The translations under genes were made by a program, and so were the position numbers. Below are positions 10,758 to 19,924 of a DNA stretch of 64,000 bases, one piece after another. Positions within the stretch are counted from its first letter, which is position 1; each line of letters begins with the position of its first letter. Where the stretch lies: the IMG/VR virus record IMGVR_UViG_3300028048_000002, positions 32,001 to 96,000 of that record. The stretch is one strand, 5' to 3'. This DNA comes from a virus (Duplodnaviria > Caudoviricetes). Under the pieces are notes generated by a model. The model worked only from the letters and a program-made list of their open reading frames with translations, did no database searches and was not told the origin of the DNA.

Positions 10758-10786
10758 TAGCAATATAAACTACCTTTTAATAAATT

Positions 10787-11125
10787 TTAAATTTCATATT
10801 CTTTAAATGTTACAAACTTAGGCAATTTATAATTCCTAATAATACGTTTCTGAATACTTTCGTCTACAAGCATTTTAGGAGTTCCAGAAACTTCAAACTT
10901 ATATTTCTGAGTATCATATTTTACTTCGCCATGGGTGTAATAATCCCAAGGTTTATTTGGTAAGTTGTTAGACTTTCTAACCCTCTCCCAATAATCTTCA
11001 TGCGTTCCAGGGATTTTTATATATCTACCGTCATTAACTACTTCACCTTCATCAAATACTTCTCTAATTCCAAAGATTTGATCATAAACACACCAGAAAA
11101 CTCCTACATACATGCTATCACTCAT
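10787..11125 (-). CDS. Hypothetical protein
   Basis: 112 aa; GVFW..HEDYW..WDYYTHGEVKYD. Confidence 0.55.
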   Translation of the reverse strand: MSDSMYVGVFWCVYDQIFGIREVFDEGEVVNDGRYIKIPGTHEDYWERVRKSNNLPNKPWDYYTHGEVKYDTQKYKFEVSGTPKMLVDESIQKRIIRNYKLPKFVTFKEYEI

Positions 11126-11140
11126 TTGAGGTACTCCTTT

Positions 11141-13159
11141 TTAAGATATCATATCAATAAATTGATCCTCAGAAATTATTTCAATCCCGAGCTCATTAGC
11201 TTTCTTATTTTTAGAAGAAGTAGAGTTCACGTCATTGTTAACGAGATAAGATGTTTTCTTAGAAACTGAAGAACTGACGTTCCCTCCTAACTTACGTATC
11301 ACAGACTCTAATTCTCCTCTGTTCTTATACTTATGTAAAGAACCAGTTATTACAAACGTTTTTCCTTCTAACACATCCAAATCATTAAAAGGTTTTTCAG
11401 GACTAAATTGTAAATGTTGTAGTAACTCTTCAAACTCTGCTACGTTTCTCTCATCATGTAGCCATTTCAAAATACTAACCTCAACGATTGGACCTATTCC
11501 TTTAATAGTTGAAAAAGCTAAATACTTTGCATCTAAAAACTTATTAGGATCATTATTGAAATACTGAGAAATAGCTCGAGATTGTGAGTTTCCAATATTT
11601 GAAATACCAATACCGGAAAGTAAGTTTTCCAAACTTGTATTTCTAGAAATTTGGATACTTTTCCACAAATTATCCCATGATTTAGATCCAAACCCTTCCA
11701 GATTTTTGATTTCTTCTGAATATCTGTCTAATGTATAAATATCGCTAAAAGTTTTTAAATATCCTAAGTTCACAAACTTTGTAATAGTAGCTTCAGATAA
11801 TCCTTCAATGTTCATTGAAGTTCGTTCACAAAAATGCTCAAATTTGTAAATCAGTTTTGCAGGACAATTAGAATTCATACAGTATACAGATTTAACATTG
11901 TCTTTTGATATAGATAAGCTGCCAAGTGTTAAACATGATGGGCATTTAGGCTTAAACTCATCATAGAATGTACTATCAGTATATTCTGGACTTTCAGATA
12001 GATTTTCTACAATCTGAGGAATTATTTTGTTCGACTTGATTACTTTAACAGTATCCCCAATATGCAGATGCATCTTTTCCATGATAGAATAATTATGCAA
12101 AGAAGCTCTACTTACCGTAGTACCTTCTAACTCTACAGAATCAAAAACAGCTACCGGGTTCAATAGGCCGGTACGAGATGGAGACCATTCAATACTTCTG
12201 AGAATTGATTCCCTCTCTTCATCCTTCCACTTTAATGCATACCCACGCAATATATGAGGATGATGTTCAGTACCTTCTAGTTTATCGGTGAATGTCGTAT
12301 CATTATATGCTCCAACTAATCCGTCAACAGGATACTCAAAAGTTGTTGGATCAAATTCATCTATTGCATCTTCTATACTACCATAACCATCAATACCCCA
12401 TACAGAAGTATAAACAAAAGGTACTACACTAAAACAATTTTGCTGCCCAAACAGAAGCCGCTGATAAAAATTCATGCTTTTCATATCAGGATGATCTACA
12501 AGTTCGAACATGAAAAATTGAAGGTGACGATTTTTCACCTCTTCAGAATCTAACATGGTAAGCGTTGCACTAGCTAAATTACGAGGATTCTTAAATTTTT
12601 TATCATCATCTAATTTTGAATTTATAGTTTTAAACCACTCATAAGACATTACAACTTCGCCGCGGACTGTAAACTTATTATCATCAGTAACTGTAATCGG
12701 TATACCTGCAATTTTAACCGCATTGTGTGTTACATCTTGACCAATATACCCGTCGCCACGAGTGACAGCTTGTTGCAACCGACCATGATTGTAAGTAAGT
12801 TGAAGAGTGCAACCATCAAGTTTCCACATAACAACAGCCTTATCTGTGGAATTATGGTTTACTCCAAACACTCCTGCAAATATCAATTTATCTTTTGTTT
12901 TATCAAGAGATTTTGCTGGAAATTCATGTTTCACTTTTTGAAGTTTAGAATCCTTAACTGGTGACCCTACATTATTTGTTGGACTGTCTGGAAGAATTAT
13001 GTTATACTTCTTTTCTAGATTTTGAAGCTCCTCTAGCAAAGAATCATATTCATGATCTGTTAATACTTCACGGCCATTATAATACGCATCTGAAGCTCGA
13101 TTTAAAACGTTCACAAGTTCTTGCATCTTAACTTTAGGTTCTAATTCGAATAATTTCAT
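11141..13159 (-). CDS. ligA: NAD-dependent DNA ligase
   Basis: KLDG adenylation motif, VRGE, OB fold (SRTGLLNPVA, SRASLHN), Cys4 zinc finger, HhH repeats, C-terminal BRCT (FVITG..GG..SVSKKTSYLV). Confidence 0.97.
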   Translation of the reverse strand: MKLFELEPKVKMQELVNVLNRASDAYYNGREVLTDHEYDSLLEELQNLEKKYNIILPDSPTNNVGSPVKDSKLQKVKHEFPAKSLDKTKDKLIFAGVFGVNHNSTDKAVVMWKLDGCTLQLTYNHGRLQQAVTRGDGYIGQDVTHNAVKIAGIPITVTDDNKFTVRGEVVMSYEWFKTINSKLDDDKKFKNPRNLASATLTMLDSEEVKNRHLQFFMFELVDHPDMKSMNFYQRLLFGQQNCFSVVPFVYTSVWGIDGYGSIEDAIDEFDPTTFEYPVDGLVGAYNDTTFTDKLEGTEHHPHILRGYALKWKDEERESILRSIEWSPSRTGLLNPVAVFDSVELEGTTVSRASLHNYSIMEKMHLHIGDTVKVIKSNKIIPQIVENLSESPEYTDSTFYDEFKPKCPSCLTLGSLSISKDNVKSVYCMNSNCPAKLIYKFEHFCERTSMNIEGLSEATITKFVNLGYLKTFSDIYTLDRYSEEIKNLEGFGSKSWDNLWKSIQISRNTSLENLLSGIGISNIGNSQSRAISQYFNNDPNKFLDAKYLAFSTIKGIGPIVEVSILKWLHDERNVAEFEELLQHLQFSPEKPFNDLDVLEGKTFVITGSLHKYKNRGELESVIRKLGGNVSSSVSKKTSYLVNNDVNSTSSKNKKANELGIEIISEDQFIDMIS

Positions 13160-13186
13160 ACTAACCTAACTATCATAACACAATTA

Positions 13187-13666
13187 TTAAGGCAACTTCG
13201 TATAATCTGGGCATTCTAAACTATTTGGAACATAATTTGGATTACTTAAATTTTCTTCCGTATCACAATCTCCATCAATATACGATTGCAAAGGAGTTTT
13301 ACCTTCAACATAAGATTTAACTAGATTATGATCAAGATTCCAAGCATATTTAGTGTAGTCCCAATTTGTAATTTCTGGAAAATCTTGATACGAAGTTTTC
13401 ATAAATTTGTTTAATTCATTTTTCATAGTAGCATTAAGTTTCACTATATGCTTACCTTTATGTGGCTTAACATATTTAGGTGAATCAAATCTAATTCTGG
13501 ATATTGAAGATGAAGATGAATATGAATCACTATCATAAAATTTAAAATAGCAATCACCGATTCTATTTGAGTCAGGATTAACAGCTACCATATATGCTGG
13601 TTTGCTATTCCTGCCAATTGTAGTCATTGCATATACTTCTTCTGGATATCTTATTAACTTTTTCAT
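13187..13666 (-). CDS. Hypothetical protein with a leader-like start (MKKLIRY..VYAM)
   Basis: GAAGGA RBS before the ATG at 13666. Confidence 0.55.
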   Translation of the reverse strand: MKKLIRYPEEVYAMTTIGRNSKPAYMVAVNPDSNRIGDCYFKFYDSDSYSSSSSISRIRFDSPKYVKPHKGKHIVKLNATMKNELNKFMKTSYQDFPEITNWDYTKYAWNLDHNLVKSYVEGKTPLQSYIDGDCDTEENLSNPNYVPNSLECPDYTKLP

Positions 13667-13731
13667 AAGATGTTCCTTCTTAATAAAGTTAATTGACGAT
13701 ATTATGATTATAAAGAAGTATTCATCAAAAA

Positions 13732-14016
13732 TCAATGTCTAGCTAAACAATTTTGGCAATATTTTTGTTTGCTAGATTTTGGAGTATACAATTGACCGCA
13801 ATTTAAGCATGTTTTTTCAGAATATTTAGAATTACTTCTAGCTAATTTGGAACTACAAGATTTTGAACAAGTTTTTGGTTCATATTGAGCTTTAGCATTA
13901 TATGAAAACATTTTTCCGCAAACTACACACTTTTTATAATGTGGACCTGTGCAGTACTTACCACGTCCGTAATCTATGAATTCCTTACCACAAATTACAC
14001 AATGTTTCAATGCCAT
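13732..14016 (-). CDS. Zinc-ribbon protein (homing-endonuclease N-terminal-like, no nuclease domain)
   Basis: Multiple CxxC pairs; KYCTGPHYKKCVVCG is shared with the ORFs at 44595 and 50975. Confidence 0.55.
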   Translation of the reverse strand: MALKHCVICGKEFIDYGRGKYCTGPHYKKCVVCGKMFSYNAKAQYEPKTCSKSCSSKLARSNSKYSEKTCLNCGQLYTPKSSKQKYCQNCLARH

Positions 14017-14048
14017 ATTAAATTCTCATCTACTAGTCATATACTTAA

Positions 14049-14813
14049 TTATTCAGATACATCCGAAGTTTTAATTTCATTATCTATATCCCAAGGCAGT
14101 AAACCTGATTTTCTTTGTTCAAATATTTCATTTATACGCAAATAAGCTAAATATAAATTTTTAGCTTCTTCCAATGTTATTGGGTCTTTATAACCAAATA
14201 ACATATCCAATTCATGTAATACTAAATGCCCACCAGGAACTAAATTAATTAAATTTTCACACCAGTTACCATGATTTAAAGCAGGCATGAAACTATAACG
14301 AAAATCAGTACAGCGCTCCTCTTGTCCAACTGATATAAAGTCAGAATGTCTCCAAGAAGGCTCCTCATATAATTTATCCCAATGTTGCTCTGAACTAAAA
14401 TTATATGAACAATTACTGTAATTAGATTTCAATAGACCTGAAACAGTTACATCTACATAGGATACATGGATACGTTTAGACAAGCGTACTAACCATGCAG
14501 AAAATTCTTTCAAAGTATCATCATAGTATCTATCACGTAGATGGCAATTTAAAGTAATGATATAAGAAGATTGTTTATCAAACCAACCATGATTTTGATA
14601 TCTGTGTAAATTTGAAAATTGACCGAATTCATCATGATTACATGTTTGGTCGTATGAATGAATTACGTTTACATACCAATCCATGCAACCTTCAGATCCA
14701 GTAACTAATGGTAGATGGTCTAATACAGTATTAAGTACAAATGTCTTTGCATGCTGATTGTCCCCTACTGGACAAACTGTTATATTACCTCTAATTGATG
14801 TCCATGCACTCAT
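14049..14813 (-). CDS. Hypothetical phage protein
   Basis: Probable start MSAWTSIRG at 14813 (GGAG RBS); HLPLVTGSEG..LRDR. Confidence 0.55.
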   Translation of the reverse strand: MSAWTSIRGNITVCPVGDNQHAKTFVLNTVLDHLPLVTGSEGCMDWYVNVIHSYDQTCNHDEFGQFSNLHRYQNHGWFDKQSSYIITLNCHLRDRYYDDTLKEFSAWLVRLSKRIHVSYVDVTVSGLLKSNYSNCSYNFSSEQHWDKLYEEPSWRHSDFISVGQEERCTDFRYSFMPALNHGNWCENLINLVPGGHLVLHELDMLFGYKDPITLEEAKNLYLAYLRINEIFEQRKSGLLPWDIDNEIKTSDVSE

Positions 14814-15039
14814 GGCGATCTCCGTTACTCTTATAGCCGTAAATCTTCTGTTCGTATACGTACCTGCATTGATAGCTGTGAATTTCTGCGCCACAGTAGA
14901 TGCAGTGGTACTTCTTGCCGTCTCACGAAACAAGCGGAACATATCTGATATGCTGATCGCAATCAGACGCAATTATGTCTATGTTCGTAAGTCACTTACC
15001 TTGCCAATAGCTGCCTAGCTTGAGATTCGTCCAGATCAT
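14791..15039 (-). pseudogene. Decayed Cys-rich gene at the edge of the GC island (two in-frame TGA)
   Basis: MIWTNLKLGSYWQGK*LTNI..PLVS*DGKKYHCIYCG..; TGA at 14992-14994 and 14923-14925. Confidence 0.5.
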
Positions 15040-15224
15040 CACGCATCACCTCTCAACTCGTCGTACTCTTCTGCAAGCTGTTGGGCCCGTTTGAAAAGCG
15101 CATTCCCATACTTGTAATCGCCAAGCAGATACGCTTGCTCTGCTTCCCTGTTCGCCGCAACGCACATCTTGAGCAGCCTGCGTTCTTCTCGCCTTTTCTT
15201 GAAACGTTCTGACAAACTCATCAC
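15039..15224 (-). CDS. Hypothetical island protein
   Basis: 61 aa; ends RGDA. Confidence 0.5.
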   Translation of the reverse strand: MMSLSERFKKRREERRLLKMCVAANREAEQAYLLGDYKYGNALFKRAQQLAEEYDELRGDA

Positions 15225-15496
15225 GCATCACTCTTCAGCCATTCGATCAGCGCGTCGTAATCGCGTGGCTCGGCACTACTCGGACACGCAGGCGCATCGT
15301 CGAACGGGCAGTTCGGGTAGCACGTGCCGATGTCTTCGCATTCTTTCCGTACCGTTATCATCGTCCGTGCCGCCCGATCAGGCGTTCCGAAAAGCCGCTC
15401 CCAGTTCGTCTCGGTCTTCGGCAGGCCGCACACCGCGATGTCATCTGCCCGATACTCACAGGTCGTGCGCTTGCACGTGTCGCAGATTCCGCTCAT
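15221..15496 (-). CDS. Cys-rich island protein (paralogue of 16285-16638)
   Basis: WERLFGTPDRAART..YDALIEWL. Confidence 0.55.
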   Translation of the reverse strand: MSGICDTCKRTTCEYRADDIAVCGLPKTETNWERLFGTPDRAARTMITVRKECEDIGTCYPNCPFDDAPACPSSAEPRDYDALIEWLKSDA

Positions 15497-15831
15497 ACGA
15501 CTTCCTCCTCCCATTGGCGGTCAGCCCAGCCTTGAATCTCGTCCACGTCCGCACCCTCGCGAATCAGACCGTCGAGCTGTTGCAGGCACGCCTTCACGCC
15601 GTTCTCGAACCCGGCATCGTAACGGGCATCCTCGGCATCTTGCAGCCTGTTCAGCAGGCTGATGATGGTATCGGCGGCTTCCTCCATGCGGCTGGCCGAA
15701 TCGAGCATCGTGAGCGCCATCAGCTCCTTCGTGGACGGCACGACAAGCAGAGAGGCCAGCCCGTCCACGTGCGCCCACAGCAGCTTCGCCTTGTCTCGCA
15801 GCTCATCGGCCTGGTGGCTCAGCATGCTCAT
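15493..15831 (-). CDS. Island protein (N-terminus paralogous to 16635-17048)
   Basis: ELRDKAKLL..RMEEAADTI. Confidence 0.55.
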   Translation of the reverse strand: MSMLSHQADELRDKAKLLWAHVDGLASLLVVPSTKELMALTMLDSASRMEEAADTIISLLNRLQDAEDARYDAGFENGVKACLQQLDGLIREGADVDEIQGWADRQWEEEVV

Positions 15832-16094
15832 TCCGCATCAGTGTTGGTGCTGAACGCTGGGTTTATGCCCGTGCACGTCACCTTCGGAGTGCCGTCCCAA
15901 TTGGTCGGCAGCTTCGTCGTGTCAACCCATGTAGCATGCGGGTACGTGATGCTCGGGTAATTAGACTTCACCCTGTACTCGGTCATCGCATCGAGTATCA
16001 CTTCGCGCAGCGCATCAGAAGCGTCTTTATCGGACTCGCGCATCCTCATGCTCACATAAGCATCGAGGATGTGCTCTGCCTGTTCTCGGTTCAT
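15828..16094 (-). CDS. Hypothetical island protein
   Basis: 88 aa; coupled overlaps on both sides. Confidence 0.5.
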   Translation of the reverse strand: MNREQAEHILDAYVSMRMRESDKDASDALREVILDAMTEYRVKSNYPSITYPHATWVDTTKLPTNWDGTPKVTCTGINPAFSTNTDAE

Positions 16095-16288
16095 TCCGCA
16101 TCCCTCCTCAGCTCCACCTTCACGTCATAGGCGTGAAACCATCCTTGGCTGCTCATCAGCAACTTGCCGCCGCAAAATCGGCATGTCGCGTGTTCGCTGA
16201 TTTCCATGTATGGGAAGTGCTCGGTGCCGCGCAGCGGATACGCCCACCCGAGATGGTCATGCATGAAACGCCTGATTCGCTCCATCAC
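16091..16288 (-). CDS. Small island protein with CxxC
   Basis: HATCRFCGG..SQGWF. Confidence 0.5.
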   Translation of the reverse strand: MMERIRRFMHDHLGWAYPLRGTEHFPYMEISEHATCRFCGGKLLMSSQGWFHAYDVKVELRRDAE

Positions 16289-16638
16289 GCATCACCCCTC
16301 AGCCATTCGAGCAGCGCGTCGTAACCGTGCTTTTCGTCCACCCACGCGCAGATTTCTGGCGGTAGCTCGCACGTTTCACCGTGCTCGTCATGGCAGCACG
16401 GGCAATCGGCGCAGCGTAGGAAACCGCCGCAGTAGTCAATCCACGTCCGCGCCGCCCGCTCGGGCGTCCCGAACAGCTGATGCCAGTGGCTATGCCCGTC
16501 GACGGCCTTGTATTCCTTGTCGGTTTCCCAGGCGTGGATGACCTCCCCACCGCCCCACGGCTTCGGCCCCGCGATGCGCATATCATCGAGCGCAAGGCAA
16601 CAGCCTTCTACACCGCGTATAACTTCGAACTTGCTCAT
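16285..16638 (-). CDS. Cys-rich island protein
   Basis: RIAGPKPWGGG; WHQLFGTPERAART..YDALLEWL. Confidence 0.55.
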   Translation of the reverse strand: MSKFEVIRGVEGCCLALDDMRIAGPKPWGGGEVIHAWETDKEYKAVDGHSHWHQLFGTPERAARTWIDYCGGFLRCADCPCCHDEHGETCELPPEICAWVDEKHGYDALLEWLRGDA

Positions 16639-17048
16639 TCATCCACCACCTTTCTGCCGCAATTTGGGCAGCATAAAAATGGTTTCTCATTCCATGGTTT
16701 AACGTTTCCGTAATACGCCCTAAACGTCTGGTAATCGTCCCAGCACGCTTGAAGCGGCTGCGGGAGATCGGTCATGCATTTCGTGCAAAAATACGCGCCG
16801 TCATACTCTCGGCCTGCGTCGGTGCCATAAGACTCGCCGCGCCACTCTATGCTGCACGTCTCGCCAACCGCTTGTAGCTTATCCCACAAACTCTCGATCG
16901 TGTCGGCGGCTTCCTCCATGCGCACAGCTATATCATGCGCAACAAAAGAGCTTGTTGGGTTGTTGTACCCAAACGAGATGCCGATTTCATTCAACAATTT
17001 TGCTGCTTCACGCAGTTCCACGGACATATGTATCGCCGCCTGTACCAT
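16635..17048 (-). CDS. Island protein with C-terminal zinc ribbon
   Basis: CTKC..CPNCGRKV. Confidence 0.55.
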   Translation of the reverse strand: MVQAAIHMSVELREAAKLLNEIGISFGYNNPTSSFVAHDIAVRMEEAADTIESLWDKLQAVGETCSIEWRGESYGTDAGREYDGAYFCTKCMTDLPQPLQACWDDYQTFRAYYGNVKPWNEKPFLCCPNCGRKVVDE

Positions 17049-17061
17049 TAGACTCGTGCTA

Positions 17062-17421
17062 TCACACCTTCAAAATACGATCATCCATTACATTATTATC
17101 TACAAACGAAGTTAAAACTTGCTTTTGTGGAAGAGTCAAATCTATCCCAAAATATCCTTGAGACCAAACAATGACACAATGAGTCTCTACAGCTAACCAG
17201 TATAGAAAATCAAGATAAAATTCAGGAGGACACAAATCAAGAAACTCTTCTCTAGAAATTCCTCTAAGTTTTGCCCCATAATTAATTAGATATTCTTGAT
17301 GAGAAGGTACAGCGTAATGTACAGAGCCATCCTGATGAATTATAACTTCTAAATAATTGATAAAATGCTTAATGTGTTGTTCTAAATCGAAATCAGAGTA
17401 AACATCATACACTATGTCCAC
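17062..17421 (-). CDS. Hypothetical protein
   Basis: YLEVIIHQDGSVHYAVPSHQEYL. Confidence 0.55.
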   Translation of the reverse strand: MDIVYDVYSDFDLEQHIKHFINYLEVIIHQDGSVHYAVPSHQEYLINYGAKLRGISREEFLDLCPPEFYLDFLYWLAVETHCVIVWSQGYFGIDLTLPQKQVLTSFVDNNVMDDRILKV

Positions 17422-17654
17422 CTACCATCGAACATCTCTTCAATGGTACCGTCTCTATGATAATAATTTTTTCTGATCCAATGGTTATCTTGGTATGTAA
17501 CTAGCACAATCAGATTCTGGAAAATGCTTAGTTGTATATCCTCTCCTTGGGTGTTATTTCCATAAAACGGTTCAGAAGAATCATGATAAGTATCCATTAT
17601 TTCGATAAGATGATCGAGATCATTGTAGTCATCAATGACAATAGTGTTATTCAT
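17412..17654 (-). CDS. Small early protein
   Basis: AAGGAG RBS; downstream of a consensus promoter. Confidence 0.55.
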   Translation of the reverse strand: MNNTIVIDDYNDLDHLIEIMDTYHDSSEPFYGNNTQGEDIQLSIFQNLIVLVTYQDNHWIRKNYYHRDGTIEEMFDGRWT

Positions 17655-17702
17655 ATGTAACTTCTCCTTATCTTCAAGTATTGATGTATCGTTACAATCT
17701 AT

Positions 17703-17731
17703 AGTATAAATTCAGTGAAAAAATTTGTCAA
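17703..17731 (-). promoter_or_regulatory. Sigma70-type (early) promoter
   Basis: TTGACA-N17-TATACT. Confidence 0.7.
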
Positions 17732-17744
17732 TAGATAAATAAGT

Positions 17745-17999
17745 TTAAATTTGACTTCTATTTACTATCTTAAAATCATCAATATAATCTAAAGGTAATT
17801 CGCATCTTATCCAAGAATTCACTTCCGAATTTCTCAGAACTACGGTATATTCATCTGATTTCTCTACAACATAAATTCTGTTTTTTCGAATTTTAGGTAA
17901 ATAAAAATCATTCAAACTATAAATTTTACCATCAACATCTATATTTATTAGTTCAATATCTTTATCAGCTTTAACTAGTTTACCTCTTAAATAATCCAT
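17745..17999 (-). CDS. Hypothetical protein
   Basis: 84-aa ORF in operon. Confidence 0.5.
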   Translation of the reverse strand: MDYLRGKLVKADKDIELINIDVDGKIYSLNDFYLPKIRKNRIYVVEKSDEYTVVLRNSEVNSWIRCELPLDYIDDFKIVNRSQI

Positions 18000-18000
18000 A

Positions 18001-18375
18001 CTAATCTACCTTTAGAACGTCTCCATAATGCTCAACATAAGAAATTGTAGCAAAATCTAAAACATCGACAGATTCAACCCAAGTGTCTTTGTATAATCTA
18101 TGAGCTAATACAGTAGTAAAACTAGGAACTTCAGGTTCGAAGAATCTATTCAAGTATTCAGGTTTAACTAAATATCCAACACATATATCATATTGAATTC
18201 TTTTACCATGTTTAGATTTTAGATCTCTAGCTCTTTCAGTCCATCTGTCACATTTATAACTAGAATTATAATGAACTACTACTAACTCCAACTTTTTGGA
18301 TTTCAAAGATTGGGGAATTCTGCATAGGAAATCTAAATAAGCATCACTAGGTTGTATAATTTTGATATGATTCAT
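18001..18375 (-). CDS. Hypothetical protein
   Basis: 124-aa ORF in operon. Confidence 0.5.
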   Translation of the reverse strand: MNHIKIIQPSDAYLDFLCRIPQSLKSKKLELVVVHYNSSYKCDRWTERARDLKSKHGKRIQYDICVGYLVKPEYLNRFFEPEVPSFTTVLAHRLYKDTWVESVDVLDFATISYVEHYGDVLKVD

Positions 18376-18387
18376 AGTGTATCAATT

Positions 18388-19071
18388 CTATTGCAGTTTA
18401 ACTTTCGGATAAGGGTGTCCACAAGTCATCTTACCTTCTTTGCAGCTACTTAGCACACAATCAGGACCTGCGGTTTCAAACAATTTTGGAGCTACAGATT
18501 TTACACAATTTAACATCATCCAAGCTAGGGTTCTAATTTCTCTTTGTGCCCTGTTGCAACAACGTACATTGAAAAAGTGCCGAAGCTCTCGAGCATTCAT
18601 AGTTACTATGATATTAGTAGTAGCAGCATTAGGTAGAACATATCTTGCATCTTCAGCCGGAATTCCTAAATTTAAAAGATTTTCATATGTTTTTGCGCAT
18701 GTTTGCATACAATTTTCAAATAATTCAAAAGTAGCATCCGAATTATCAATTGAATCAGGTAATACTGTTTCTATAGAATCTTTGTCAAATTTCACATAAC
18801 GTTGAGATTGTTGATTATAACTTGCTATTCTATGCCTAACCAATTGATGAGTTAATGATCTAGAAACTCCACTGATACTAAAAGTAAACACAGCATGTTC
18901 TAATGTAGATAAATGTCCACCAGAAATTACAATATTTAATAGATTTTCAATTTGTTTTTCTGACAAATCTTGAACTAATTGAGATGCATCTAAAGACGAA
19001 TAGCATAACCTAGCAGCTGTAGCTACAATACGCTCAGGTTCCGGAGTATAAGCTATTAAATCTACATGCAT
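18388..19071 (-). CDS. thyX: Flavin-dependent thymidylate synthase
   Basis: GHLSTLEH, SRSLTHQLVRHR..SYNQQSQRYV (ThyX RHRx7S motif), EDARYVLP. Confidence 0.96.
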   Translation of the reverse strand: MHVDLIAYTPEPERIVATAARLCYSSLDASQLVQDLSEKQIENLLNIVISGGHLSTLEHAVFTFSISGVSRSLTHQLVRHRIASYNQQSQRYVKFDKDSIETVLPDSIDNSDATFELFENCMQTCAKTYENLLNLGIPAEDARYVLPNAATTNIIVTMNARELRHFFNVRCCNRAQREIRTLAWMMLNCVKSVAPKLFETAGPDCVLSSCKEGKMTCGHPYPKVKLQ

Positions 19072-19095
19072 AATTTTATCACATCCTAAAGTATA

Positions 19096-19179
19096 TTATT
19101 TCTTTAAATTATCAGGCATGGAATCAGAGACTAAATAAATTACAATACTTACAACAATAATTAACCCTAAAATATACAT
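19096..19179 (-). CDS. Small membrane peptide (27 aa; not in the ORF track)
   Basis: MYILGLIIVVSIVIYLVSDSMPDNLKK with GGAG RBS. Confidence 0.4.
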   Translation of the reverse strand: MYILGLIIVVSIVIYLVSDSMPDNLKK

Positions 19180-19192
19180 AATTGCTCCCTTA

Positions 19193-19573
19193 TTAACACG
19201 TTAAAGAGTCTTCAATAAACTTAAATCTGTTATTTAAATCTATTGTGTTAAATAACAATGAATATAACCCGTTATCTAACTCTGGTAATTCACGCTGATT
19301 ACTAACTTGCTCAACTTCAACTTGTTTAAATACTTTACCAATATCAAAGTATTCATAACATTTATTTTTATAATATAACTTAGCACTTATTCTAATAGGC
19401 TTGTTTTTAGTGTTTAAATAATGGCCTTTAAATAGTATACATCCTATTTCTTTACTTAAAGGGTTTAATAAGGGTTTAAACTTTAATGAAATTTCATTAG
19501 ATTGAATCTGGTTAAACTCTGTAAGTACTAAAGTTTCTTCATTAGGAATTCGAAAGTTATCCATATAAAACAC
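19193..19573 (-). CDS. Hypothetical protein
   Basis: 126-aa ORF. Confidence 0.45.
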   Translation of the reverse strand: MFYMDNFRIPNEETLVLTEFNQIQSNEISLKFKPLLNPLSKEIGCILFKGHYLNTKNKPIRISAKLYYKNKCYEYFDIGKVFKQVEVEQVSNQRELPELDNGLYSLLFNTIDLNNRFKFIEDSLTC

Positions 19574-19652
19574 CTAAAAATAAATCGTTACAATATAACT
19601 ATTATAACGATTTAAATGAAGTTGGTAATGTTAATAGAAAATAGATAAGTAA

Positions 19653-19913
19653 TTATTCAATATCTTCATCATCTACAGCATTAGATAAATCATCACCTGC
19701 TAATGATAAATCATCACCCAATCTATAAAAGTATTGGCCTAAATCATAATATGTATTACAATCCGTATTTGCGCCTCTAACTAGATGTTTGATTTCATAT
19801 TCTGCATTTCGTAATACTTCTAAGATATCCATAATAGACATCATTTCTTCATTTAAATCTGGATCCCATCCATCATCATAAATTTGATCACTAGCTACTA
19901 AAACCTTTTTCAT
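19653..19913 (-). CDS. Acidic leader-family protein (paralogue of 38815-39078)
   Basis: MKKVLVAS start; GWD..YEIKHLVRGANTDCNTY versus YELKTCVRGAYTYCSTY. Confidence 0.6.
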   Translation of the reverse strand: MKKVLVASDQIYDDGWDPDLNEEMMSIMDILEVLRNAEYEIKHLVRGANTDCNTYYDLGQYFYRLGDDLSLAGDDLSNAVDDEDIE

Positions 19914-19924
19914 GATAAATCTCC

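Larger units (their letters stand above)
15030..17048 (-). mobile_element. High-GC island of small, translationally coupled genes from a high-GC temperate-type phage
   Basis: Abrupt shift to GC-rich sequence and GC3 codons; chain of overlapping stop/start junctions. Confidence 0.7.

Noticed and set aside
15169-16713. Long plus-strand ORFs in GC-rich tracts (e.g. 15169-15960; also 33091-33729 and 35437-36039)
   Set aside because: Antisense shadows of minus-strand genes; no RBS and implausible composition.
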